A DNA stretch of 64,000 nucleotides from Lingula anatina (taxonomy: Eukaryota > Animalia > Brachiopoda), in contig CM120645.1 of the NCBI GenBank assembly GCA_051362555.1, positions 1,178,001 to 1,242,000 on the forward strand. Reading direction: 5' to 3'. A program made the translations under genes and the position numbers. Each line of letters begins with the position of its first letter. The stretch's first letter is position 1. The notes below the pieces were generated by a model. That model did not search any database. It was not told the origin of the DNA and saw only the letters and a list, made by a program, of their open reading frames with translations. Below, piece after piece: positions 37,101 to 51,800 of this stretch.

Positions 37101-39965
37101 AGCAACGGTTCAAGTTACGGTTAATGACTGAAAGGAAAAATAATAATAAGGACAAAAAACAAGTAAATCATTAAATTTTAGATACCATAGTAGAAGAAAA
37201 CAAGTAGAACCATGATAATTTCTCTTGTATTTCATTTTTAAAAGATATACTTACAAAAAGTTATGCTTAACTTCAAATCTACATTGCAACCATTTATAAG
37301 CTTAATTGTAAGTATGATGCATAAGTCATATTTTAGAATAAAATCAGCAATATCCTTGACATTAGCGCTTGACAGCGTTATTTATATTTTTTCTTGCCAA
37401 TGTGTGCAAATGCCCATGGTATGTTACTAGTACATGCATATGCACAGAGAGGGAGAGAGAGAGAAAGACTTGCACAAACACCCACATGTGGCAAAAAAAC
37501 ATTAAATTATGTTTACAATATCCACACATCTCGGGGGAATCCTGTCGCTCTTATCTCTCAATATCCCTACAGTATAAACACAATTTACAGGTCTCAATAC
37601 CAAGTCACCCAACAGAAATTATAAGTTTTCATGTAACCATGGTGACTATCAATTCTTTGTGTAATAGATTGACCCATAATAGGGCTCTCTGCAGAGTTCT
37701 CCACGTACTGAACATATTAGTTCTATCTCAAAATCAACACAAACATTAAAAGTCTGGTCTCCATGACGACCGAACGCAAATCGCCTTAGAATAATATGGC
37801 GTAAGAAGAGCAGGGTTGCTTTATAGGGCAGATACACACTTCAAGTTGGGTTCATCCTCATTGACGTCAAGGTATTATAAATAACAATTAACAGCCTCAA
37901 TAAAACAATAATATCAACTGTAAGGCATCAGGGCAGGCTGATGACCCTAAGTAAACTGTGGTATTTTATTTGGAAACCCCATAGTAGAAGTAGTGGTGGT
38001 GGTGGGTGGTGTATATCTAGTGATGGTGCGGTGTCAGAAGGCTCTTAATTGTTGTTTGTGTCAGGTTGAAGGGAGCTGGTTTCTTCACAAAGCTGACGTG
38101 CGTGCCGACAACAGTCGTAATTTTGGACCATGGCCAGTCGTTCAGGTTGTCTGCTGACTGTTGTTACGTATCATTGTCTGGGGCATGGGTAATATACGTA
38201 ATATAGTAATATACGTGTGAGTGAAATAGGTTCATTCATGACAGAGGTCGACCTGGCTGTAGCTAGGGTTACTCATGGTGTGTTTCCATCAATGGGAGAT
38301 GATCTCATCTTGGCGTATACTGGCTGTTGTCTACTAAATCAGGATAAGGGGGCTGTGATAATTTGTTTGATATTTGTCCGCCTTTTGTGTACAGAAACTC
38401 AAGTTCAAGGCCTTGGGTAGTTGTGGAGTTTATACAAGATGTGTGAAAATATTTTTGGCTGTTTATTGCTTTTTTTCCTTAGAGCAAGTTTGGTAGTGAT
38501 AAGACGGTGATTTGAGTAAAACAAAAAGAAAGAAAAAGATATATTATCCAAATGACACATTATTTAGATCTTTTATTCATCTCTCTCTGTAAGTTGAGTT
38601 ATATCTGACTTATTTTGTGGCAAGGCAGGCTGGCAGTTCTTAAATATTGGGTTGCAGAGTTGAGCATTTTTGCGCCAATCCAAGGTGTAAGCATGAGAAG
38701 GTGGACCTAAATAATGGTGAAAGAAAAAAATTGGGACTGCTACATGGGTGGAACTTGAACTTAACAATGCATAACATGAAGTATGCCGTAGTGACTTGTT
38801 GATGTTATCATGAGTCAACTCCCAGTTTAAGTATTGTAAATGAAGAAATGTTATTGTTTTTCTGTTGTGCATTTAGCCTCACCAACAATTTGTGTTAACT
38901 ACAAAGTTGTTAAGTTAAGGAGGTGAGATTTGTGCCAGTTAGAAACACTTAGATTGGAAGTTACTATGCAGGGATGATACTCTATCCCTTTTTGGTCCAT
39001 TTCTTCCTTTTTATGTGTGAAGGATGATACCCAAAGTTGCTGGGTTTTGTGAAGTGAATGGGGAATTCAGGGGATCTTCTTCATTTTTGAAATCCTTTTC
39101 TTGCCTTGTAGCTAGATATGTCGTAGGTTGTGCTTTCATTTGCAGATTTGAAAATCTGTAAAAAAACTTGTTGCAGATCCTGATACTATGGGAAAATGAC
39201 TTATGATGTCAAGGCCAGGATGGTGCCGTTTTTTTATTTTTGTAATAGTGTTATTTTCCAACGTGGTGATAATCTGTCATTTTAGTGACTGGGTAATGGG
39301 TCCGTGGGGTCACTGAGTACAGATACTATTTGGAGGGAAACGGACTTGTCTTGTGTTTATTTGCTTGGGTAGCAGTCAGTGACTATAATATTAATCCATT
39401 GTCCCATAGGGGGCTTGTATTGCCTGTGTAACTGGTACAAAATATGGGAGGGTGGAGGGGGGGGAGGAAGAAGAAAGGTTTCCTGTTGAAATGAAATATC
39501 TGATTTATGTAGATATCCGGAGGTTTGGGTATTGTATTTTTGCCCTCACCCCACACCTGTGTAGAGCTGTTCACCTTCACCATTTGCATTTTAAAGAATT
39601 TTACAAGGTCCACTTCCCTCTCTTCTTCTGTACACTTTACCCTCTGGTGACAGTTAATATTATAAATAGTAGAAACTCATGGCATTATGAAAGATGTTAT
39701 TGTGTCGCGTCAACGATTTAGAAAAAATGAAGATATTTCTGTCAACCAAATATGATGTATGAAATTTTATTTGCATCTTCTGTCAGCAAATTCATTTTGA
39801 ACAAAAGGTCAATCTAGTTCATGTTTTTTATTCAGATTTATTTGGAAGAATAATTTTTTTCAGCTATTTACTATCAATAAAAATCAACAGGTTTAGATGA
39901 TTTCACTGTCCAACAGAACAATAATCAGGTGTAAAATTGAAACATTTTGATTTCTCTCATTGTAG

Positions 39966-40175
39966 GAATGTCTCCGGCGGAGTTACAACAGTTATGGAAG
40001 GAGGTATCAGGTCAAGGTCACGGCACTGGAAACAGAGACCACAACGAAGACACTGACACCATGTTAAAAAATGGCACCACAAATGGACTGAATCAACTTC
40101 TCGTCTCTGGTGGTGTGCCGTCATCGTTCCCTTCTTTCCTGCCTAATGGATTTAACGATCCTTTTCTACTAGCGG
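39966..40175 (+). CDS. FoxP: FoxP exon (SPAELQQLWKEV)
   Basis: ttgtag|GA ... GCG G|gtatgt, 210 nt, phase 1/1. GMSPAELQQLWKEV is a conserved FoxP motif. Confidence 0.93.
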
Positions 40176-41625
40176 GTATGTATCTTGAATTAAAAATTCA
40201 GAGACAGAGCTCACTGAGGGATGTAAACAGAAACATGGTTTTAACTTTAAGACCATCATTTTACACTGACCCAAGATAAGCCAGTAGTGGTAAATACTTG
40301 AAAATTTAGTCAGGCTTGAAAATTTTGGCGATAGACGATCTCCTGCTGGCATAATTTATTTTCACTTTGAAAATTTTGCCATATTTGAAAATGGGCCTTT
40401 TGATAATTTTGAAAAGATGGTCACATAACATGGCTGTGTCCGATTAATGATTTCATCCTTGTTTTCTTTTTACTCTGAGGAAGTGTTGAGGGGATATTTG
40501 TCACTTGTTATGTTACTTTCAGTTGGTTTTGTTTCCTCTTGGCATATAATAAAGTATCTTAGCAACTGACATCAACAGGTTTTTGTAAATATTACCTCTT
40601 CCTGGTTTTCTTATTTCTCGGAGGAAGTTTCTGTGAGGGTGTATTTGTCACATGTTATGTTTCTTTGGTTTTGCATCCTGTTGTTATATAAAATATTATT
40701 TCAACATGTTACCATAGAAACTGACATTGTCACTAAAACACTTAACAAAGCCAATTATGCTATTTTAAGTATCATGTGATAAACAATGCTCGAGGATAAA
40801 TTTCAGTGCATGATTAGACATTTGACCTGAAAATGATAGCGATAAATGATTTTATACTATTATGTCCAAGGAATTCTGTTGTAGATTGACGTTTATTACC
40901 TTAACTTAAATATGCACTTGTTAAAAACACTGACAGGGGTGTCACAAGACAGAGATATAAATACTAACACCAAGGCCATCGCAGTGTATCGCCATGGAAA
41001 CAGGCATACGTAAAAATTAAGCAGAATCAAGCAGGGTTTTGATAAATAAGGTGTTGATTGTCAATAGTTAGTTGTGCATTAGGTGCTTGTCCGGCTAGCA
41101 TCACGATGTTTAGATACCCATACATGCATATGGGATTTGCCTACAAGGATTTTTACTTTCCAAATAATGGCTCAAGTATGCTTGTTTTCTGTTATATTTT
41201 AGATTGCATTCATTGCTTTTTTTTTTGAAAGTTAATTAATAGGGAAAAGATTTATATTTAATTTGTTCTATAGATAGTGATCAGTATTTTGAGGCTGCTG
41301 CGTTAGATCATTGACTTCAGTTCTATTTGACAGATACATTATTAACTATTTCTTAGCTATTTATTTTTTATTTTATTATTATTTTTTTAAAGTTTTAGTC
41401 TAACTTGATAACACTGTAAAGTTAGTAAGCTAAATTTTCAATCCATTCAGTAGACTTATTTAGTGACAGCATTGGGCCTCTAAAAGTCACTGTGAATGCT
41501 CTGTCACTGGCATGTAAAAGAACCGTAAATAAGTTTAAACTTTCACGAATAATAAGTAATCCTGTAAAGATGCATCTGTATAACCTTATTAGCTTTAATT
41601 GTATGTATGTTTATTTTTATTCCAG

Positions 41626-41752
41626 GAGGCTTGTTAAATCCTCTGAAACCAGACGGGGGAGCAGCTCCAGGGACGCACCCCTTATATGGTCACGGGGTAT
41701 GTAAGTGGCCCGGCTGTGACACACCCTGTGATGATTTCGCATCATTTTTAAA
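41626..41752 (+). CDS. FoxP: FoxP exon, first half of the C2H2 zinc finger
   Basis: ttccag|GA ... AA|gtaagt. Translates ...[27 protein letters not shown]. Confidence 0.95.
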
Positions 41753-41791
41753 GTAAGTCAACTGTGCATGATGATTATATTTTTTATACAA

Positions 41792-41960
41792 CAGGGGCGA
41801 ATCCAGAGATATTTTCTGACAGTCTTCCACATTATCTTTGTTGATCCATCCTCCATTTTTTGACCGTCTTCCGACAGAAAAAATTAGGTAATCATCAATG
41901 TAAACTTTGAAATTTGACCGTCTTCCGGAAGACCCAGAAGACAGCCTCAATCCACCCCTG
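41792..41960. mobile_element. Small MITE-like remnant with CAGGGGCG-type termini (possibly hAT-related)
   Basis: CAGGGGCGAAT ... ATCCACCCCTG imperfect TIRs; internal direct repeat TTGACCGTCTTCCG twice; TSD unclear. Confidence 0.4.
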
Positions 41961-43287
41961 CACAATGTTCTTTTATTAAGCATTCTATAAAATAACAAAG
42001 CCCCTTATAAAGTGTTTGAAATTTTTTCAGATTATTAAATTAGAATGTTAAAGTAACAGTATGTTTTATTAAAAAGAATGTAGGTGAAATAAAAAATTGA
42101 AATGAAACTGTCTTTAACTTAAGAAGCCATTATTAAAATACCATTCAAAAATTTCTAAGTACCTTGCTATCCAGAATTCCCACATAAAAAATAGATAAAT
42201 AAAAATGAAATAAAATAAAACCTACACACAAAGTTTTTTAAAATATTAAACTTTAAAAAATTACATTGGTGGAGAATTGTTTTCCTACAAAATTTTCAAG
42301 AATGAGTAAATTTTCAAGTTTTTACTGTACTCAGCATCCCCACACTTGCCATAGCCAGTTAACCGAATTATTTTTTATTGGTCCAAACAGTAAAAACAAA
42401 TTTATGAAAAGGAACTAAAAACAAAACCTAGTGTAATTAGCACACGTTAAGACCAAACAGAAGAATGTGTTACAAAAAAGCATAAAGCATGGCGTGAAAA
42501 GGGCCTCAAAATTCGGTACATATTTATGCAGCGAGACCCTGTGCCCCCCTCTCTCAGTTCAGCTCCTCGTAGTCAGACACGGTGTCCTTTATTGATCCAG
42601 TTCTGTCCCTCAATTCCCTGTCCAAGATGTATGTCCCTGACAACTCCAAATAAATAACATCAAATATAAATAAAAACCCATTCATTCTGATGCGTAACAA
42701 TACAACCAGCCGTCTATGTAGGTATGATTTCTCCATAAACATTCTTTGCCAAACAATGGTCTACCTGTGTTCTCCTTCACAAGGAGAGATAGGGCAAGAA
42801 TTCATGAATAGACAAATAGGGAGGGGCAGGCTGATCTGGGTGCAGATATTGTTGAATTATGCATATATTTGTAATAAACTTCAATGCTGTGACCCATCTC
42901 GTATGGTTGAAGGCAGTTAATATATGAAATAAATTTTGGTGCAATTGGTCATTGACAGTTAGAATTGTTGAAAGATTGTTTTCACTTTTTTTTTTATTGG
43001 GAACTGGGCTCAATGCAAAGGTTGTTGGTTATTTAGTCTGAGCTGTATGTCATAGGGCAAAGTTTTTCATAACTCAACAACAAAAAATTGTTTTTTATAG
43101 ATTTAGAAACATCATTACCAAAAGTAGAAAGATGTTAATAGAACACACTCATAACTTTTAAGTTCTTTAGTAAAGCCGGGGAAAACTTTGTGGTCCATGA
43201 TGTCGTTCATGTTGCTTTTCACGGGGGCGTGACAGACAATTAAGCTGATTACATTTAACGTTAACTTTTAATCTGAACACAGCCTAA

Positions 43288-43523
43288 GACCCCATTCACA
43301 TGGAAAGTCTATTTTCTAAAAATCTATTTTCTATTTGCAGTATCTTGTAATCACGGTCCCTGTGCCCTGAATATCCCGAGAATTAATTACAGCTTTGGAA
43401 GTAACTGGCTTGTGCTGCCAGTAATTACGCCGCGGGATATTCAGGGCACAGGGACCATGATTACAAGATACCACGAATAGAAAATAGATTTTTAGAAAAT
43501 AGACTTTCCATGTGAACGAAGCC
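43288..43523. mobile_element. Foldback MITE, PIF/Harbinger-like
   Basis: Near-perfect inverted arms of about 85 bp (TTCACATGGAAAGTCTATTTTCT...AATATCCCG and its reverse complement), flanked by TAA...TAA direct repeats. Confidence 0.88.
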
Positions 43524-45703
43524 TAAATTCTGCTAAACTCCACTCCCTCCCTCCCAGGTAATACGTATCCTAGACTCCTGGGTTCCGTGAAACTGGCAGT
43601 AATGCATCCTGATTAAGTCACCCTCTTAATTGACACCATATTATGTTTACTGTGATTTGCAGCTAATTGATACGATGTTCAGTTGCCTTCACGTTGGTTC
43701 TAAGAAAAACTATTTTAGGCTGGGGTCGCGCAATGTCAACTTTACTTCACATATATTATGCTCGTTGTATTTAATTTGTAAGGTTTGTGTACAAGAGAAG
43801 TCACATGGGAGGGATTTGTAATGAAGAATATATTGTTATAAAGTTAGAATTGAATGTTTTTTTGTTATGTTTCAATATTAATGCAGTTTTGAAATTAGGC
43901 CTAATTGTATTTTTTTTTTTTTTTTTTGAGAGTAGCAATAATTGAGAATTTTATTTTTAATAATAAGAATTCCCTGAATTGACTTATTTCAGGATTGAAG
44001 GGTCATAGCGCATTGTGGAGAAGTTCTATCCACTTTTCACATTTGTAGCATATAAAAAAGTAGTGTTTCAGTACTTAAAATGAGAACCCATTTAACTGCG
44101 CTTAATTATCTCCCACAAATGTGTGTAACGTGCTGCCCCCAGCTGTACAAATGACAGGTGTTATGTAGAAAGTCTCGTTGCAGTCAAAATCTCTACTTAC
44201 CTTGCGTAATCGAGGGGTATTCATCGGCATTCTTAAAATCTTTCCCACAAGGCCATTCTCGGGTGTGGGCAGTGTGATACGTCAAAGAACCGTGAAATGG
44301 TCAATGACCTTGTTTTGTACCATATGAATAACTATTGTATAATTACATTTTTATACATAATGATTACAATGCATTAAAAGTGTGTTATCATATGTAAAAT
44401 AGATAATTGAATCCAAAATAACAGATCATTTAATTCTGAAATATTAGATTTTCTAGTCTTCATTATGCATTATTTTCGAAATTAAAAAAAATTAGAATTG
44501 CTAATCTTAAGTCTGTGAAGCTATTGTCAAATGTTGTTTCAAATTATCATCACTTTACCCCCCAACTCTACTTGTGAGAGAAATATGCAAGATTTTCAAA
44601 ACTTGGCCATTTTAATGCAATGTATATTCTTTTTATTTATTTATTTATTTTGTAATTAGTACTCGTATTTCTGTCCAAAAACCAATGAAAACTTTTTCCG
44701 GAAGTTTGTCAACCTTAAAAGAAACCTAAACTTTAGGCAATGAAGGACAGCCATGCTTGACAAAGAATTTCAATCAAGCATGCTTAAAAAAATTCATTTA
44801 ATGCAGAAATATTTGAATAAAAAACATTAACTTGTGTGCCACATAAAAATCCATTTACAAGACAAAAACCAGTTTAGTCACTATCATGTAACAATTGATT
44901 CTATTATTTTGGAAGTTTTATAATCAGTTGAACCTGTTTACAAAGTCAATGCCCTGGTTATTTGCTCGTCTCCTTTGTAAAAAAAGGCCTATTGTATTCC
45001 TTGTCCTGATTGGTGGATTATGAGGTCATCCAGTGGACTATTGGATGCAAATTTTTCCTCTCGAAAGAGGCACCAAGCTAAAATTAATGGAGATTGAATA
45101 TTTACTGAACATAAAGCATTGCTTTCACTGCTTCCTTTGTAGATAGGACACTATGTTTTCTATAGCTTTCCATCAGGGCACTATCAATGACTTCTTTTGT
45201 AACATTGCATGTTTATTGTTTGTTTGTCGGCAACTGGCATTTCGTTGACAGTTTGTGAGATTTATCTTTTCAAGAACAAAGGCCAGCATTGGGCTTTGAA
45301 TGCTGCTTTATTGCCGTAACTAATTTTTTTTTTATTTGCAACACAATAAGGTTCTTTTCACATTGAGCAGTACACTTATCTGACCTGGACTGCTTTGAGA
45401 GGTAGACGGCTTAATCAACCTGGTTATTATATAATAGGGTCAACCGTGATGAATATGGCTAATTTGTTAACTTAAAATCTGAGATTTAACAGCAGGGGAT
45501 GAACTTGTGAAAGGAAGATAAAAAAAGTGAAGTTACATGTAAATATTTGTCAAAGTGGACGCATCCAGTTCGGTACCCCCACTGCCATGGTGACACCCAG
45601 TAATAGGAATAAATGTTACCATTTTATGTAATGATACTGTAATGTTCCTCTATTGTACTGATTTTAAAACAGGCAGTTCAACAGTGCACATAGGAATCCA
45701 GAT

Positions 45704-45925
45704 TGTACTGTATTGTTACTGTAACTGTATTGTTTCTGTTACTGTATTGTTACTGCTACTGTATCATTACTTGTACAGTGATGTTACTGTTACTTTGTTT
45801 CTGTTACTGTATTGTAACTGTTTTGTTTCTGTTACTGTATTGTAACTGTATAATTACTTATACAGTGATGTTACTATTCCTGTATTGTAACTGTTATTAC
45901 ATTGTTACTGTATTGTTACTGTTTT
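45704..45925. repeat. Degenerate TGTTAC/TGTAAC/TGTATT tandem repeat abutting a FoxP acceptor
   Basis: Read directly; the source of the C/Y/V/L-rich track ORFs. Confidence 0.85.
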
Positions 45926-45932
45926 ATTACAG

Positions 45933-46020
45933 ACATATCAATAATGAACATCAGTTGGATGATAGAAGCACAGCTCAGGCGAGAGTCCAGATGCAGGTCG
46001 TCAGTCAGCTAGAAATACAG
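45933..46020 (+). CDS. FoxP: FoxP exon, end of the zinc finger and first half of the leucine zipper
   Basis: ttacag|A ... CAG|gtaatt, 88 nt. Translates [29 protein letters not shown]. Confidence 0.96.
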
Positions 46021-46125
46021 GTAATTATTGATAACAGAAATACAGGTAATTGTTGAGAACAGAAATACAGGTAATTGTTGAGAACAGAAATACAGGTAAT
46101 TGTTGAGAACAGAAATACAGGTAAT
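46011..46125 (+). repeat. 25-bp tandem repeat of the exon/intron junction (5 copies of AGAAATACAG|GTAAT)
   Basis: Identical junctions end at 46020, 46045, 46070, 46095 and 46120. Confidence 0.95.
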
Positions 46126-48672
46126 ACACAATGTAAGACAAGACAATCATTTTTGGTACAATTTTAGCTCTCCAACTGACTCAACTGGCCTGATATTATA
46201 GATGTTACAAAAAGTGTCATAGATCTTCATATAGTAATTTTTTCCTGAAGTCCAAGTTTCTGATTTGTGATGTGCTGATGTAATGGAAACTAGTGAATTT
46301 CACTCACAGCATCAAAATTAAAAAGGTGGACCTTGCTAATTAAGGAGAAATCTCTAAAATTTCCAGGATTTTATTTATTTTAATATTTTTATTTTATTTA
46401 TTTTTTTCTCTATCAGTATTTAACACATTTAGTATGGCTTTAACACCTCAACTGTTTTCAATTCACCTTTTTGCCCCATGGTACTGATTACTAGAAACTT
46501 TAAAATTAGCACGTCAATCTAGCTGTCATTGTGGCAAAAAAATGCCAAAAATATGACGTAATATTTCACGTCAACTGACACAAAGGTGAGAGTTGAGCTG
46601 AGAGATCTGATGACTTCTACCTGGTGTTGTTCACAATCAGATTCAATATCAGTGCACTTTTCGTACAATTGGGGAGCAAAACTACTTGAATTCTAAACAG
46701 ATAACAAAACACGGACAAGATTTATGGTCATATGAAAAATAAATTACTGACTTACAGAAAACAGACAATAAGATGATGCATATGGATGCTTTATGTTTAA
46801 TGAAGATTGATGATAAATAAATTCAAAGAAAAAGATATGTTACAGTGACGTCTTAAAATCTGGGTGAACGTAGTTCTTCCTCGAAGTGATCTTGGTGACG
46901 ATAGTGTATATATTTATGCATTTATTAATTTGTTGGAATAAATGACGTAAAACGCTAAGTGAACTTTCAAATGTAGGATCCCAAGTAGGAAGGAATTCTT
47001 TGCACTTGTTTGTCACTTGAATGGAAAGAAATCAGAATGGAACTGTCGCTTAAATACATTTGGCAATGTTAAAGTTGTTCATAAATATAGATTACATAGC
47101 AATATCTTAGTCACTGAAATTGCATAATTATTATCAATTAGTAAAGTTTGTGTGTAATCAAATATTAAGAGCAAATGATCAAAGGGGGGAGTGGGGAGGT
47201 AACACTACCTGGATGCTACAGTAAAACTTCAAATGAGACAGTTCACTAAGATGTAAATAGAAACAGTAATAAAATGTCTCATATACCAAATGATAAATGA
47301 GACGCAAGGTACGGTAGCTTCTTCAACAGCAGTTCCGGTGTTGATAGACATATTTACTCCCAAGTAAAAAAATATGTCTGGGAGATTACCAAAATATTCC
47401 TGCATCATGAAATGTGTTAATTTTCATTGTTGTCTGGTTGCGTACATCATGGTACATCACGTGTTCTGATTAACTTTAATATAGAACTGGGGCTTGGTAG
47501 CTGCATGTAGCTTGGTCCTGTCTTACATACAGGGATGTCAGCATTAAGGAATTTCCTGGGCCTATTTTGATATTTTATTTATTTATTATTATTATTTATT
47601 TATTTATTTATTTTATTATTTTTTTTTTTTTTGTCATTATGATGTTGATTACTTACATGATTTTATTTCTGTACATTTTGAGCGGTGTAACGTTGGCTTA
47701 AAAAAGAATTATACCCAAGTTAAACTTTCGGCCCAATCAGTAGAAAAATTGATTAAAGTTGATCAATTGTTTCTATATTAATTTGTCGAAATTGTATAGA
47801 ATTAGAAATACTTTTGGAGGTTTGAGCACGGGACAATGATGTAAAAATCCAAGGGTAAAGTAACTAGTCTGGAGATTTTAAAGTTAGTCTATATTCAGTT
47901 GAAATTCACCTTTAGGTGTAAGCTGTTTAGAACCAGATCCGTTTGTAAATCATAATTCCCCCCAAAGGTGTCATGCAGTGCATTTTTTTTTTTTTTTTTG
48001 TCAGCCGTGAGTGACATTGCCAGTGTCCAAGATAAAGTAGTTCTAGTTGGGAGAACACTGGCAGTTTACCTGTGACTTAACTCACCTGCTGTGGTCTTAC
48101 CTCCACTGGCAAACTCTAGGAGGTAGACCGCTATTCTCAGGTGATAATTACCTCCACTAAGAAACTTGTTGATAATTTTGTTGGTTTGTAAGTTAACGTC
48201 AAACTCAGCAAGTTTGTATGGAGTGTGATAATGTATGGAGAGGGATAATTGATCTGCGAATGATGCGGCATCTTTGTGGAATATAAGGCTTTTTCACTTA
48301 GATTTTAAAATAAAAAAGTCTAAGTTTGTGTAAGACCATTCCTTACACAATTATTATTATTTATCAAAAAAAGTTTTATTCTGTACATTAACATATTGGG
48401 GTAAACAGTTTTTAAAAATAGAAGTCCTTAAAAATGGCGCACTTCATTATAATTTACAAAGTCAAAGTTTCTTAGAATTTCTTACCATCTCAGGCTTTCA
48501 GATTTTTTTTTTTATTGACTTATCATTTTAAATTTATTACCTCATTATCCAAATATAATTTATAATATTTGAAAAGAATTCAAACCTAATTTACTAACCA
48601 AAGTGTTGATTTTTTTTTTTCCATTTCCCCTGGCAAATTGAAATTGTCTTAAGCATTATGATGTGGATGTTA

Positions 48673-48887
48673 GAGTGTATTCCCATAGATTTAGATCGAT
48701 CCATCTAGATCGACCTAACTCCCTGGGGGTTCACGCTAAATTGATGTCAGCCGAGCACGCATGGTAGCTAATCACCCCCTTACAGCTTTTAGTAGGCGGG
48801 ACAGACACTTAAGCCGGCTAAGCTGACAGTAATCTACTGAGACTCCCCACAGGGATAGATCGATCTAAAATCTGTGGGAATGGGGTC
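48673..48887. mobile_element. MITE, PIF/Harbinger-like
   Basis: TIRs ATTCCCATAGATTTAGATCGATC / GATCGATCTAAAATCTGTGGGAAT; TTA...TTA flanks. The right terminus (reverse complement GACCCCATTC) is shared with the element at 43288. Confidence 0.75.
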
Positions 48888-51800
48888 TTAGTTTGTGCCT
48901 CAGGTAAATTGTTGCCTAAATATGTCACCACCAGCAGAGACACTGTGCCACATGCAGTGTATTGCCAAGACTAAGTACATTCAGCCTAATAAAGCAATAT
49001 ATTTTAAAGTGAATTATAAGTGATTGAATAAATCTTAAAGAAGGGGTTCCGCAAAGGACCAAATGAACAATTGTTTTTGTGAAAGTAAAAACAAATTTGG
49101 TTTGATAAAAGGGCCATTTAATTATTTATCAGTGTAGGAGGGTTTTACTGTTTGAAAGGCAACTGAATAAGTATATCACAATATTTATTATCACAAAGGA
49201 TTTTTACCCTCTGAATCTCTCTGCAGAAGTATTCCTATTCATTTAGTTCAGGAGGATTAGAATCAGATGCCTTTGGTTGCATTCTCTCTTCTTGTTCTAA
49301 ATAATGAGATCAGACATAAAATTGTTGAATGGAAGGCAAAAAATTACTAAGAGATGGTGAAATGCTCATTTCAGAATGTACGGGGATGTTTTCTGGGAGT
49401 GGCGGGGATGTTTTCTGGGAGAGCCGTTAGTTAGCATTGACAGGAAACACGGACTGTAATTAAGTGTATATACCCCCTTGTTTAAGGTCAGGTAAATAAC
49501 TCTCACACAGGTGTATAATTACAGTAATGGAGATGAGGGGATATTGAGATAAGGGCTACTGGATCTGTGTATATATAAAGTTATGGAGATGTCATCTCAC
49601 TTGTTATCAGAGGGTGAGAACTGGGGAGAAAAGCATCAATCTTGCAGGAGAGGAAAGGGGGAGGGTGTTTAAAAGAAGGCGGTATTTAGAGCTTGAGATA
49701 GGTGATTAATCGTGGTTGTATAGAGAAATGAGAGTGATAGCCATCTCTTGTCTTCACAGAGATAAGGGGCTGAAGCTTGGGGACATGGGAATGTTAGTCA
49801 GAGTACTTGATGTCACAGAACAGGTACTAGGGCCAGACACACTGTGGAGTGTGGTATTAATTGAAGTTTTGAATAAAAGATGACAGGGGCTCCAAACCCG
49901 GCCCTCCCCAATTACATATTACAGATATAAATAGTGTGATTATATTAAGAACACAACAGTTTGTACAAATTATATTCAGTGTGTAAACTTTGTCCAAGAT
50001 TCCATCTACTATTATGACTTGATAAGAGGCTGCAATGAATTATTTATGTATATTGTTTACTATTCATGTGTGTTGAAATGCAAATGTAAGAAATAAGTGA
50101 TGCAGAGAAATACCTTAAATAGAGGCTAAAATTAGCTTATGATTCATAAAACATTTGAAAAAAAAAATGTTTTTGATTATGTTTTATGTAGGAGGAGGAA
50201 CAAATGTTACATGAAATATAATTTTCATGTTGATTTGTGAAGCATTTAATGACAAGAGGTCTGGAGTAAAAAAAAAGTTGTACATAAAATATGTTTCAAG
50301 TCCCTCGGTGTTTCTGTTGTTATTGTTTGTTCAGTTGTTCAGCAATGTCATTATTGTGGAACTAAAAGGGGAGGAAGTTGCTAGCTTTCTATGTGTGACC
50401 CAGAAGTAGTTGAGTAAATGTCAGAGAGCAGACTTCTACACCGCTTTTTATTTTGCCATCTCGCAATTAATCTTGAAAATGGCCATACATTTCAAAGTGT
50501 TATTTATTTAGACTCAGTACAGCAGAAAGGTTTTGAAAGCACAATATAAATTGTGTGTAGTGTAAGGGCATTTGTGGTTTGACAAAAATGTTAGGTTCTT
50601 TTTTATCCCTGTTTCACACAATATAGTGGATCATAAATGTATGGAAGGGACAATGTAAATTGACAAGTGAAGATGAAGGGAATTAAAGCACTTAATTAAG
50701 ATAAAGTAAAAATGATGCGTAAACAAAAAATGATAAGAATTGTTTCATGGAAGGAAAAACTTTGTTGACTTGGCCTTAACCAATAATCATTAGATCTGAG
50801 ACAGAATTGCACCAATATTTACTTCTTTCTTTTTCCTTTTGATCAGCCAAGCTAGAAAATAGATGATGGAAAAATGGAGTATTTACTGCAGCAGAAACAA
50901 CGTGGCAAAGCCAGTAATTGTATTTACCTAGCAGTGTGTGTGTATTGAATTTTCTAGCGGCAACTCGCTTCCATTTGCTATAAACATGCCGTGGCATTTC
51001 CTCGGAGAGCAAACCTAAACATTGCCGCTTATTTACTGATTTATTCTCCAGAGTTTTATGGGGCTTAATTCCATTTCCGATAGTTCCATACTGCTGGAAG
51101 AAACTTTGCTCCCCAGAAAAATAAACAAATGAAATGTTTACAAAAACTCAGGGTTTCCAAATGAACGAAAGTTGTACAAATGTGAGGCGGCTTTGAGAAC
51201 CGCGGCAGCGGCCCTTGGTTCATGACAATATAAATAAAGATTGTTTATGAACTAAATCTTGGATTTGGTAAAACTAAAAGGCTTGTGTTTGCTGAAACAC
51301 CACCAAAGCAGGATGGCATATAGATACTCTATGAATTGACCATAATTATAAAGCATGATGCAAAGACTAAACAACTCTTACGTACTTGTCCTTAACACAC
51401 CACAGCGCCATCTATCAGCAGAAGTCTCATGCAGTACCATTGCCATTTGATATTGTAAGGAAATCTTTATCATTTGACATGAAATAAAGTACAACTTGTT
51501 AGGGTTTTGAATAATGTTAGCCTTGACTGTGCATCCATTAGGGTGGATTTTACAACAGCTATTTACATGACCTTTATGTCCTTCATAGGATGGAGCAATA
51601 GAGTCCCAGTAATTCAGGATGAAAAAGCGATAAATCATCTTATATGTGTACTTTTGGAGTGTCGCGGTAGATGTACATAATAGGCATAGGGCCTGAAGTA
51701 GACAATTCAACCTGCTACAGATGCCTACTGTTGTTTCTGAACGTCAAACTCAAAAGTTGACCAAGTGTCACTGTGATAAATCTTCTTCTCCAACTCGGTG

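Noticed and set aside
40455-40730. Degenerate direct duplication of about 120-140 bp (GAGGAAGT...TATTTGTCAC..GTTATGTT)
   Set aside because: Old two-copy local duplication with no ORF, splice sites or termini.
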